From NCBI GenBank assembly GCA_964106645.2, contig OZ067042.1: a DNA stretch of 64,000 nt; one strand, written 5' to 3'. Numbering within the stretch: position 1 is the first letter of the stretch; each line of letters opens with the position of its first letter. The notes under the pieces are model-generated. The model saw nothing but the letters and a program-made list of their open reading frames with translations. It ran no database searches and was not told where the DNA came from. Source of the stretch: Podarcis pityusensis (taxonomy: Eukaryota). Below are positions 10,319 to 22,760 of the stretch, piece after piece. A program made the position numbers and the translations under genes.

Positions 10319-10527
10319 ACGGTGTTGTAGTGGTCAGAGTGTCAGAGTAGGACTGGGGAAACCCAGGTTCGAAAGCCCACTCAGCCGTTGGGCAACCTTG
10401 GGCCAGGCACTGTCGCGCATCCTAACCTACCCCACAGGATTGTTGTGAGGATATAATAGAGAACCACATATGCCGCCTTGAGGTCCTTGAAGGGAAGGTG
10501 GGGTAGAAATGTAATAGCAATAATAAC
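10319..10527 (+). mobile_element. tRNA-derived CORE/MIR-like SINE with L2-like tail
   Basis: GTAGTGGTCAGAGTG A-box region, GGTTCGAAAGCC B-box, ACCTTGGGC...CTAACCTACCCCACAGGATTGTTGTGAGGAT core, A-rich tail. Confidence 0.8.
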
Positions 10528-11263
10528 AAAGATTTGAAAGTACACTCAGGGACACGGCCTCTTGGGATTTCCTTTGAGTTTTATTCCTTGGGAGGAAATG
10601 GATTCCTATTTGCCTAATAACATTTTTGGAACGGATTTCTGAATGGAGTACCACGTCTCTGTTCTTGAGTGGGCTTTTAGAATTTACAGTAAGTTATGAA
10701 ATGTCCCAAATTAAATGTATTAATATGTGATACGATACCCTTTGTGAGATGTAATTCTTCTTCTTCTTCTCCTCATTATAGCCATTAGCTAGTAATGCGA
10801 TTACATATATTTTGTGGATGATACGATTTCTTCTTGCAGGACTTTCCTCTTAGCCATAATGTGTTCTCAAGATTCTGTTGTGGCAAAGCTCTCCACACAC
10901 ACCCTTTTTTTGGGGGGGGGGGTTCTGCAAGTGGCTTATATCGCCTCCCCACCCTTTGCTCTGTTTCGCCTCCGTTCACATCTACCTGTCCCCTTCCCTT
11001 TCCATTTTACGCACAAGGATATATCCCGTGTTTCATAAAACGTGGCTTCTTAAGTATCCTTAAAATTGTCTGATGACCCTCTGTGTGACAGTAACAAAGA
11101 CCCAGGACTACATTCGTGTTCTGTCATTTGAAACTATGCAGTGGTGCATGGCTTTTGCCGCCCGCAACCCCCCTCCCTTTTATTTCTAGGCACATATGAG
11201 TGCTGTTTTAGGAAAAGTCTAAGCGGCTTAACTATAGCATTATTTGCAGGTTTAATGCTCTGA

Positions 11264-11512
<249 letters not shown>

Positions 11513-13139
11513 TAAGCACAGTAACAAAGGAGGGTGTAGATCATGAAGGGCGGGGGGAGAAGCGACTTAATTGAGTGTTGCTATTCTGAACAGAGCAAGT
11601 ATTTAACTCCATGCCGTAGGGGATTAACAAAAAACAAAAAAAGTAATGTCACATTTGGCCTGTAATAAAATGCACAATGAAATTAAGAAGGATTTTTGAA
11701 AATCATCATCATCATCATCATCACCCGACACATGGTATATATTATAGCATTTTATGAAAGCAGTGTCAGAGATGGGTTAAAAAGAGAAAGAGGTAGAACA
11801 AAGGAAAACATCAAAACCTGGCTGTTCCAAGAAATGCCCTGGTTCTGCTGTTTAAAGCTTTGATTTTTGCACAATTTATTCTACCGTCCATCCAGAATTT
11901 TGCTACCCTTCGTCACTCCTCCCCATTGAGTATGCTTGGCTCCAGAAATGAAATGTGTAGGCATGGCTGCTGAGCCCAGTCCTGTGGCAGTGCCGGGGGG
12001 GGGGGTGTTAGCATGGAAGGACCATGACGTTTCCGTAATTCCATATATTATTCAAGAAGACCTCCCCCCCCCCCAAGAGCTGCTTTTGTCAGTGTTTCGG
12101 AATACGTTGTTGAAAATGGCTGTGGAAAAGACATTGGGTGCCACTTTTATTCCCCCCCCCCCCAAGGCAAATGTCTTCTTTGGAGGAGGAGAGATTTTCA
12201 TCAGGACTGTGGCATGGAAAGAAAGGTTTTAACACCCACCCACCTTCCACCTCGTTTCTCCTGTCGCAGTTAGGATGTGCTTCCCCCCAACTTCAGCTGC
12301 TACTACATTGCAGTTTCCAAGACGCAGATAACAAACCACACATTTAATGTGTACTTTGGCTCTAAAGTCTCCAGAATTCTGCATTTTGCCACAGGTTCTA
12401 ATGATGTGCAAATGGTTGTCGTCATCTATCTGTGGCATGGGCCCCTGAAAGTGAAGTCCTATTTCCAGCACCCCTTCCTTAGAAGTCCCTTTAGATTGTA
12501 TATTTCCAAAGGTGTCTTCTAGAAATGAAGTGAGTCTTGCCTTTTTCCAAGGCAGGAACGCACACAGTCTGCATGTTGTGTCTTAAGACTGTATTCTTTC
12601 AGGGGAAACTGCCAAGCTCTTTCTGCAGAGGTGCTGTTGCAAAGGTGCAAGTGCAGTGGCAATTTGCACCAATTGGGTAGAATCTGTAGACATTCGAGCC
12701 TCTGCTCTTTAAGGGCACCGCTGTGGGCCATCTGCCAGGAAAGGCTGCCCTCTGCTCCTACTCGTTTCACCCTTGTCCCTGTAACTGCAGCATCCCTAAT
12801 GAATGCAGCTGTCATGTAGGTCATATCAGGAGGCCATGGGAGGTGCAGCCCACCAAGGGCATAGAAGGTCAAGATCTGGACCTTGACCTAAATCCAATAT
12901 TGAACACAGGGCAATGAAGCATGAGAAGTACTAGAGTGATGTGCTTTCAGTTGCAGCCTGCTGTTTCCTAGATGGCTTTCTAAGTTGTTCTTCATTCAAA
13001 GATGGTTATATATACATGGCCATCTATGTCTATGTATGTATAGATCTAGATATAGATGCCTTTATATATTTCCCAGCCTTCATTTCTCTGCTCAGATCAC
13101 TAAATAAAAATTGCACAGATTTAGTTTGGTTGTGCAGGA

Positions 13140-13182
<43 letters not shown>
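13140..13182. repeat. (TTA)n microsatellite
   Basis: Direct reading. Confidence 0.95.
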
Positions 13183-13184
<2 letters not shown>

Positions 13185-14904
13185 GCCCTGACTTCCAACA
13201 GTGTAAGAATCATATAGAAGACATACTTTTTTAAAAAAATTAGTAGTAGTATTTATAAATTTGTATCCCACCCTTCATCTGTAGATCTCAGGGTGGTTCA
13301 CAGCATAAAAATTCAAGATAAAAGCACTAAATATATTATAAAAACAAGGACAAACTAAAACAAGCCAATAACACCCCCACACCTCAATTTATAACCAGAA
13401 AAATACAGTTATTAATAACTACTTTTATCTGTCCTCATTGTCATCAACAGTCATACTGTCTTTGTTTTATTTATTTTAGAGATTCATATCGTACCCTTCC
13501 ATAAAATTCCCAGGGCATCTTCCCAGTTTTCACTTCAATCAGCATCTCTTGGACTGTTCCCCAAATCTTGCTCTGCTCTCCCAGTTGGCTTACGGTTTAT
13601 GTTTGTGATGTGGGAGAGGAATTTTAACCTTCCATCTATTATATTCTGCATTTAGTACAAAATCATGTGTGCTGTGAGGATTCTCACATTTAAAACATCT
13701 GAAACATGAAAATATATTAGTTATATTAAAGTATAGGTTAAGAATTGATATTTAAGGGCATTTCTTTTTTTTTTAGCAGAGGGGAAAGACGTAACTTTTC
13801 ACCTGAATTCTCTGCATGATTTGTCAGGGAATCTGGCTTGGCTTCTTTCCCCCATCTTCTCTTCTTCTTTTTCTCATCCATTGCCATCTTGCCATCAACC
13901 AACTTGTGGTCCTGCGATTGTGGCAGCTGTGCTTGCCCAGATCAACCATAATCCTGCAAGGGCCCACCTCCTGTGGCCAACTTTGGCAGGTGGACAGCCC
14001 CACCCACCTGACAGCGTTCTTGCAGGTGCACTTTGGATTCAGACCACACCTGCAAATGGATATTTCTCTTCTGCAAACTGAGAAAATGCACAACAGAAGC
14101 TGCTAGCCACTTCTGGAACATTGGGGAGAAATATTTGGGGCTAATAGCTGCGGTAATGGGATGGGCAGGTGCCTGTTAGGAAACTTGTATTGCCCAATGA
14201 AGTGCCAACTCCATTATTGTTTCTATTATGTTTAATTAATAATAAACAAAACAAGAAGGGAAGGGGGAATAAAATGTCAGCCTCCGTTGATTGAACTATC
14301 ATGCCATTGTGCCTGATTTAACCAGCTGCTCCTGATGGATTAAGAGAAAGCCACAGTTTATCAAAGCATGCTCATCCTTCATGACACAGATTTATAAATT
14401 GAGAGTTGGGAGTGAGGTGGGGGTGGGGGAGAAATATTTGTTGGCAGTAATTTGTCTAAGATAACCAGCTTTCTCAGAGGGAGTGAACTATATAACTGTT
14501 ATAAGCTTTTTTTAAAAAAAATGCTGAAGACCAGCAGTTGCAGATGAATTTCTTCCCACAAGACCTCATTATGACATATGGTCCTCCTTCTCTTTTGTAC
14601 TCTGTTGCCCCTTGTTAACTCGGTTGAATTTTGCAAATTGCAACTCCGTTCCAAGAAAAGTAGTAGTAGGACAATGTGCTTATTAGCAGCAAAACAGAAA
14701 TAGTTGTGATGGCAAGGGCTCTATTTAATCTCAGGGGTTTTATGAGATGGTTCCATATTCTCTGGGTTTTCTTTAATTTTAAAAAATAGCAATGAAATAG
14801 CTGAATGAGAACAGTAAGAGTGAGGGGATTTTTGTCCTTAAGGACATACGTCTTTTGCCATGTTTAATGAGTATTACTGCAAGCCAGGATGCTTATGATG
14901 AAGA

Positions 14905-15083
14905 NNNNNNNNNNNNNNNNNNNNNNNNNNNNNNNNNNNNNNNNNNNNNNNNNNNNNNNNNNNNNNNNNNNNNNNNNNNNNNNNNNNNNNNNNNNNNNNN
15001 NNNNNNNNNNNNNNNNNNNNNNNNNNNNNNNNNNNNNNNNNNNNNNNNNNNNNNNNNNNNNNNNNNNNNNNNNNNNNNNNNNN
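14905..15083. other. Assembly gap (179 N)
   Basis: Run of N. Confidence 1.
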
Positions 15084-15467
15084 TAATGCTCACAGTCATT
15101 GCATAGATATTATAGATGCTTCACATGCACAGGCATGTTAGCTGCCCTGTGCTCCCATTGGAAGGAAGATAAGTACGAGGGTATAAATAAGTGCTTAAAA
15201 CTGAACTCATACACATTGTTCTCAGTCTGCAGTGCATAACATGTTTGGCCAACTCTGGTGCACGAAACCCACAAAGAGTGGGCTTTGCCGAAAGAAGAAG
15301 CAAGCCATAGGGTGCAGACAGAAGGTGTCATTCTTCTTTGTCCTGCCTACAAGCTTTGTGTAGGCTTCTTGACATGGTGCCAGTTGTGTCATGCCAATAT
15401 GCATCAGACAGAGCAGAAAACAGTGTTCCTTGCAAGGCTCATTCTCGCCTGGTGAGACTCAATAGAT

Positions 15468-15555
15468 CAGGGATGGGGAACCTGTGGCCCTCCAGAAGTT
15501 ATTGAACTACAGTGATCATCATCCTTAACCACTAGACATGCTGCATACTGCCTCT
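15468..15555. mobile_element. Short hAT-type MITE fragment
   Basis: Begins CAGGGATGGGGAACCTGTGGCCCTCCAG. Same family at ~3599, ~18590, ~24375 and ~54290. Confidence 0.65.
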
Positions 15556-16222
15556 CTTGTGGCTTGCTTTGCAGTTAAGAAATTTGCAGGAAAACGTTTT
15601 CAGCTTTTTCAAACTTGTTCTAGCCTCCGCATATACAGTTTCTTCTCCTCCTCCTGTTGCAAAAAGGTCTTTATTTACTTTGCCTCCATCAGCAGGTCAC
15701 TCCACCAATACATTTGACTCCTCTTTGCTTTATCGGTTTGCTTTATAGCCCCTTTCGTAGCTCCTTTCAAGGCCACTAAGAAATTATTCACGAAGATAAC
15801 GAAAGGCGGAATAGGTTATCCAGCATTCTCTTTGCAGGACTCCCTCTGATATGTGCTCTATACATTAAGGCGATTCCAGGAGGAATAGAAGAAACTCAAC
15901 AAGCCATGTGAATTTTTAATAGAAAAACCAAGAACAGCCCATCCGTTTGCAAAGTAGTACATTAACGTCAGTACTGACATTTCAGAGGAAATTCCAAGTT
16001 TATTTTTAGATTCGAAGGAATTTATTTTTATTCATTATTCATAGCTAGATACATCTTATTAAATCCAAAATGATTTTTTTCGATAGATATTTTAGAGGCA
16101 CCCAGTCTGCTCAAATAACGGATTACCTACTTTCCAGGTTTTTTTCTTCTCACCCTGCTTGTCATTAGATCTCTATTTGTGTGTGTCATTTTCCCTTACA
16201 GATTGCCATTGAGACTTTAATT

Positions 16223-16439
16223 CAGGGGTTGCCAGCCCTTTGGGGACCATTTCAAATTCTGAAAGAGGGCTGGAAGTGCCAGTCACAAAATGGCTACCAT
16301 GGAGGAGGCATGGAATATCACAAAATGGCTGCCACAGGGAGCATGGCATAATTCAAAATTAGAGAGAAGGGCACCCCTGACATCCTTATGCTTTCCATGG
16401 GAAGTTAGCTATGTCCTACTGGTCCTGATTATGGAGATC

Positions 16440-16524
<85 letters not shown>

Positions 16525-16728
16525 TCATTCCTAAGCACTAGGAAAAAATATACAAGGTAGCCACACCACCAATCTCATTTCACAGAAAATGCATAAAAGT
16601 TTCCCACATATTTGCCCTGCAACTTCCTTTATATGAGAGCTAGAGATTTTATTTATTTTTTAAATGAACACTTGGGGTCTAGGGAACTTGCCCAATGGTG
16701 CCCATGGGCACTGGGTTGGAGACCTCTG
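16223..16728. mobile_element. Old hAT-type element containing a compound microsatellite
   Basis: Ends CAGGGGTTGCCA and TTGGAGACCTCTG form an imperfect TIR. Flanks CTTTAATT and CTTTGTTG only partly match. Confidence 0.45.
16436..16525. repeat. Compound (CT)n(CA)n(GA)n microsatellite
   Basis: Direct reading. Confidence 0.95.
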
Positions 16729-16924
16729 CTTTGTTGTTTAGGGGAAAGGAAAGGGGAGTAGTCAGAAATGGCATTTTTTTCCCTGCCATTCTCTCTACAT
16801 AATTAAAATAAATTGCACTGGAGGCTAGCCTCTTACATAAATGCTTTCTTATTTATTTCAAAAATTCTAATCATGCAGTCTCAGCACAGTGGACTGTGAA
16901 GTGGCTAATAGCTTATAAAAATAC

Positions 16925-17235
16925 AAAGTGCCACATAATATTCGTTCAGCACTTGCAAGGAATCAGTCCTTCACCATGGCAGCACCTACACTGTGGAACT
17001 CCCTGCCCATTGAGACTGTACTGCTTTTGATGCCCGCTAAAAACGTTTTTGTTTATGCAAGCTTACCTAGACTTACACATTTGATATGTATTTTAACATG
17101 CTGGGTTTATTTTGAAAAAGTTCAGACTAACTTTCTTTAGCATCTGATTTTATTGGTAAACTTAATGTGCATTTTATGTAAACCACTTAGAGATTTTTGC
17201 TGATTGAGCCATATATCGATCCTGTAAAATAAAAC
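16925..17235 (+). mobile_element. L2 LINE 3' end, decayed
   Basis: GCAGCACCTACACTGTGGAACTCCCTGCC (AAPxLWNSLP motif) followed by a T-rich 3'UTR and TGTAAACCACTTAGAG terminal segment. Confidence 0.65.
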
Positions 17236-18726
17236 AAAATTTAAAAAAACACAGTAAAATAAGCAGTATTAATTAAAACTAAAAAAAAGAAAAGCCAAGC
17301 CAGCCATCTTCCTGAACAAGCAGGTCTTAACTTCCCATTAAACAGGACACGAATGGCTAAACCATTGCAAGGAATGAACTCAGGGCATGCATCAGAATTT
17401 GCGCACCTGGAACGGATCGTTAGATCAGGACACAAATGCAACATTTAAAAAATAGTGAGCACAAACCCCGCTTCAGTAGGCAGACTAATTGCCGTTGTTT
17501 TAGCAATATTTCAGGGCAAAACATGCATGGCACAGCGGATTCTATCTACGCTAAAAGACAGAGTGTTGTCTCTTACCACTTAAAAGTACTGAACACATGC
17601 TATGTGTACACCATACCATAAAATGTCTACTGTACCATAAAATCAAGTGGCTAACTGAAATATCTTTTTAAAAGAACCTGAGGATGTGGTTTGGTCATTT
17701 TGCCCTTGGGCAATAGCATTCATATGGTGAGAATAAGGATGAGACTTGAGAAACCTAATTGCCCAGGATCACATAAATTATGGTGTTGGGGGAAGGGCTG
17801 TTTGGGAGGGAGAAGGGTTAGGCACATTGCACATACATTACATGCAACCTCCCGCCTCTCACGTGAGTTCAGATGGCTTTAAAGGGAGATTATTGATTTA
17901 TTTGCATGTTTACACCCAACATTTTTATATCGGCCTTTCACAAAGTGACCAAGCTCTGATTCTAGGTCATCGTATGGACTGACCATCTCAACCAGGCCTG
18001 AAACAAATACCTATGGTTCTTTTTAAAAGGGTTTTTTTATAGTCATACTGTTCTCCTTTTTTCTCTCTCTCTCACATCAATAAAATAAAACACTATGAAC
18101 CATGGGGCAGAGATGCATATGGAAACTAGCACATGCTTCCTCAGTTTGCCCTAGAAATACCACTTCATTCACAAACGGGAGGAACTACCACTTCTAAAAG
18201 CAAATGTGGTTTAGTTTCTCAGCACATTCTGTTCTCTGTATCCCTGTGGAGACCGTGAACAAAAGTGTTGATTGTGGTAGGGACTTTTGGCATCAAATCC
18301 TTTTTTAAGTTCAGAACTGGGTAACAATCACCGATTCAATTTGCACAGAATGCGATTATACTTGGGCAAATACAGTTTGTTTGTGTTTTTTATATTAAAG
18401 AAAAATCAAAGATTTTAGAGCTTTCTTTTTTATTATAAGAAATGTCAGTTTCTGTGAGAACTTGCTTGATAACTTGTCAAAGCAGCATTTTAAAACAACG
18501 GCAGAATTATTCTAATTCTGTGGCTTTCTGTGCGGTTGTCTAAAAAATGAAGAAGAGCAGAGACCACTTATTCATGGGGGTATGGTATGTGGTGCCCTTC
18601 AGAAGCTGCATCATCCCTGACCGTTGTCTAATGCTAACTTGGGCTGATGGGAATAAGAGTCCCACAGCACCTGGAAAATGCCGCATTGGCTGTAAGTGGT
18701 TTATTCCTTCCCTATTTCACATGTGT

Positions 18727-19076
18727 GGGACGTGGGTGGCGCTGTGGGTTAAACCACCAAGCCTAGGACTTGCTGATCAGAAGGTCGGCGGTTCGAATCC
18801 CCGTGATGGGGTGAGCTCCCGTTGCTCGGTCCCTGCTCCTGCCCACCTAGCAGTTCGGAAGCATGTCAAAGTGCAAGTAGATAAATAGGTATTGCTCCGG
18901 CGGGAAGGTAAACGGCATTTCCGTGCGCTGCTCTGGTTCGCCGGAAGCAGTTTAGTCATGCTGGCCACATGACCCGGAAGCTGTACGCCAGCTCCCTTGG
19001 CCAATAAAGCGAGATGAGCGCCGCAACCCCAGAGTCGGTCACGACTGGACCTAATGCTCAGGGGTCCCTTTACCTT
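18727..19076 (+). mobile_element. Sauria SINE, full length
   Basis: GGGACGTGGGTGGCGCTGTGGG...GGTTCGAATCCCC...CCCTTTACCTT. 14-bp TSD TATTTCACATGTGT / TATTTCACATGTAT. Confidence 0.93.
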
Positions 19077-19809
19077 TATTTCACATGTATAAGAAATACT
19101 GTAATGTAAATGAAAAGGTAGCTGGCAAACACAGTAGTGAATTTTGCAGAAAGAAGTTTCTTGGTTGAACAGACAAGGCATCCCTGCCTGCTTGACTTTA
19201 AACTGTTGTTTTCAGACCTCACCACTTTCTAAAACCTTCCTGAATTGCTGTATTGTTTCCCACTTTCATAGACTATGTATAATTTTTACCTTCTCCAGTC
19301 TCCACGGGAGGAGTTCTCACGTTGTGAAGTGTATTGAGAGAGACATTTACTCAAGCAAAACCTTTAATTCTTCATGATTTACAATCTGCTAAGATAGCTT
19401 AGACATTACTGAGCTCAGGTTTGTAGTTTAGCTAACAATACTGTAGAACCATTTTCACTGATACTTCTTTCCTTCAAACTTCATGGATGTCATGAGCACT
19501 TTCAATCATTAAGATTAAAAAGTTAAATCACTATAACTTCTTAAACATTTAATGCCTCTTTAACATGAACTTTTGTTTATCGTGATACTCCCAGACCCCT
19601 TTCTGGCAGTAGTTATCTTAAACTCCTTATTTTTCTTTAATTCTTTTTTTTTTAATCCATTTTCCCATAGGCAAAATACATGTGAACAAAATTGTTTCTT
19701 GAAAATATGTGGGAAAGCATGCAATATCCATATCTGTCCGTCCCAAAGTCCTTCTTTTATCAGAAAGAAGTAGCAATAACATAGCTACTTATAAGCTATG
19801 TTATCACTT

Positions 19810-20430
19810 TCAGTTTATCCCAGTTCACCATTTTTCTAGCCTTTAGTTCTCTACATTTCCAGATCAGTTTGCAATTTTTCAAAAAGGTGTTCATGAAAAT
19901 TCAGCATTTAATTCAAGTGTCTTATAATATACACATTTTTTAATTCAGTGCTGCCATATTTGCAAAGCAAATATAATATAAATTCCCTAATATACAGTCG
20001 TACCTTGGAAGTCGAACGGAATCCGTTCCGGAAGTCCGTTCGACTTCCAAAGTGTTTGACTTCCAAATAGCGGCTTCCGATTGGCTGCAGGAAGCTCCTA
20101 GAGCCAGTTGGAAGCCACGGAAGCCCCATTGGACTGGAAAAGTCACTTCCAGGTTTTGAACGTTCGGGAGCCAAAACATCTGAGTTCCAGGGAGTTTGAC
20201 AACCATGGTACCACTGTATATTAGGGAATTTATTTTATATTTGCTTTGCAAATATGGCAGCACTGAATTTTCACTAATATGTACATTATTATGTACACAT
20301 CACTGGGGCAAAAACTGCACCGGAAGATTTGGAGAAGTGTGAATTTTAAAGAAATGGGTATGTTTTGTTTGGTTCATGTATTGTTTCAGAAAGTGTAAAT
20401 TAGGTGGGTTCACCTTTAAAGGCGAATTAG
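19810..20430 (-). mobile_element. Decayed copy of the hAT-Ac-like element at 51919-52350, interrupted by a MITE
   Basis: Colinear blocks with the reverse complement of 51919-52350: CATTTTTCTA, AGTTCTC..CATTTCCA, TCATGAAAA, TTTTCACTAATAT, TGTACACAT, GAGAAGTG, TGTTTCA, CCTTTAA. Confidence 0.6.
19995..20216 (-). mobile_element. Tigger-like MITE family A, reverse orientation
   Basis: TA|CAGTCGTACCTTGG...CCATGGTACCACTG|TA. Reverse complement of the 8581-8831 layout. Confidence 0.9.
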
Positions 20431-22681
20431 CACAGAACAAAAATACTGTTCAACTGAGATTAGATTAAATGATTTCATTGATGTGCTGTAATCCTTCTGT
20501 GTTTCAGCTGATAAAATGAAAATGGAAAGCAATTAATATTTTAAGATGTATGACATCAACAGTGCTAATATATTTTTCCCTAACTTAAGATTCATAGCCC
20601 CCATTACATAATATCAGATGTGGGCCAATTCATAGAAACAATTTTTTAATGGGATGGTTTGAAAACAGTCAGTGTAGCTACAAAAGTGCCAGAATCAGAA
20701 CTTTTGGGAAACCAACTTGTTGTTGTTTGCGTTGTATCTTTCCTCAAATTTATTTGACCTGTCTCTTTGCTTTTTTTTATTTCAGCACATGAGTCCTAAA
20801 TACAACACAATAAAAATGATAAACCCTAGCTGATTAACTATATGAGTTTTAGCTGAATGGTTAGTTGATTGATCAAAGCTGCGTGGTTTTTCGTGTGAAT
20901 AAAACAAATAATAGAATAGAGAACCTTTTTTGTTTTTGGACAATGCAAGCATTTGTCACAGCAGAAGCCACGTAGGAAAAAACCTATCCTTTGCTCAAGA
21001 GGGAATTTCTCTACTAAGATATCAGCTAATACCGACAGATTTTTGTAAGTTATTTTAAAATATCAGCCTCCCAATTCATCGGGTAGCAAGTTTCTAGCCA
21101 GTCAAGACATGAATATACCAACTGAAACAATTAATTAACCAAATGCTACAACCCTACTAAATACACCCTGGACTTCTGACCAGAGGGATTTCTGGTTAGC
21201 ATCAAGTGACAGTATTTGTAAACTGTCATAAAAGGGCTTGCAGTCTTCTTGCCCATGTTGGCTATGCAAGCAGCAATCAATACAAGCTAATAGGTGATTG
21301 TTTTAGGGACAACCTAAAACTCTGTTGCCAATATTCGTGATGACAGCAGCTTTGAGGACGGAGTAGCACCCAGGCACTACAGGCTCCACCTCCCCAGCTT
21401 TATTATGGAGTAGTGACAGCCAGATTGGAGAAGTCCTTTTTATGTGCTGGAAGTCAACAAAGTTGACTTTTCCCAGTGTCATTGTGTATGGAGCGAGGAG
21501 CCACAGCACAGTGCTTCTTGATATATATTTCCATATAGTGACTCAGCATGTTCTGATGTTATTTCCTGAGGAAATTCTGACTTGCTTATTTCTGTTTGCC
21601 TTTCCACCAGCTTCGGTCCCATAGGCTGTCAATTATTTGAAAGGTGAGCTCTAGTAGAACTGGGATCAGAATTGCAATGGAGCTCTTGAAACAAACCCAC
21701 AGGAAGGTTCATATGGAATAATCACCTGCAAGTCAGGGTGCAAACTGAGAAACCTGTCTCGAGCAGGTCTAGTTTAAGGAATTGACTAGATAGAAAGGCA
21801 AACAGATAAGGACGCTATGGGCTGGGAGGGAAGAGGGTGGCAGGGGCATGAGCAAAAATACTTAGAACAGTCCAGTGCAAAATCTTCATGAGGTTTCATT
21901 ATCCCAAGAACTTTCCTCTATGCAGAATGCAAGTAGTATGATGGTCCCCTGGTAGAAAGACGACTATAAATGCAGTGAAAGGGCTGTTTGTTTGATAGTT
22001 ACAGGGGAAAGACTTCTGCAAAATCTCTAACACTCTGAATAATTTGCATCAGAAATTGGGGGATCAACTGCAGTTTTTCTCCTTAGGTTATTTTCTGCCG
22101 TCTGAAGAAGGGATGAAAGGACTCTTTTTAAAAGCAAAAGGGGAAAAAGAATGCCGTATTCTCTTACATTTTAACTATACCAAGAAGAGGGGTGTGGGGA
22201 AACAGCCTAGCATGGATACAGCAAGGCTGGAAAACATCAAAGATATCTACTGCTCACAGCCCATGGGGTGAATATGGTAACTGTTGAAGGAAAAGGAGGA
22301 AAGGAAGAGCAGACTTCTTCTTTTTTTGTTTTTTGCAATATTTATCTGTCTCCCTATAGCAGTGTTCTCTAGCCATCTACAACGATAAAACATTAGCATG
22401 TTGGTTTCATACAATAACAATCAATAATTACAGCATAAACTGATCAACTCATACACCTCAAATCATAATGTTCCTCCACTGGAGTGCAGGTACACCATGG
22501 GAAAGAAAAAGAAATAGCTCCAGATAATTCAGTCAAGAAAAGGGAAAGAATCAAATTAACAGGAGACAAAGCAGGAAATGTATGCCTATAAACATATACA
22601 AGAGAGTCATGAAAAAAGATGCAGTGGGAGAGAAGGATGAACAGGAGCATCAATATGACCCAAATGCCTTTGCATGTAATT

Positions 22682-22760
22682 GGCAATCCTAACTGAGTAG
22701 TAAGTCCTATTGAGTTAAGTGGGGCTTATTCCCAGGTAGGTAGGGTTACGATTGCTGCCT
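22682..22760. repeat. Short quasi-palindromic dispersed repeat (AGTAAGTCCxATTGAxTTxAxTGGGxCTTAxT core)
   Basis: Related sequence at ~41585-41665, weaker at ~28520 and ~51770. Family not identified. Confidence 0.5.

Noticed and set aside
14855-15106. ORFs spanning X runs
   Set aside because: Artefacts of the N gap.
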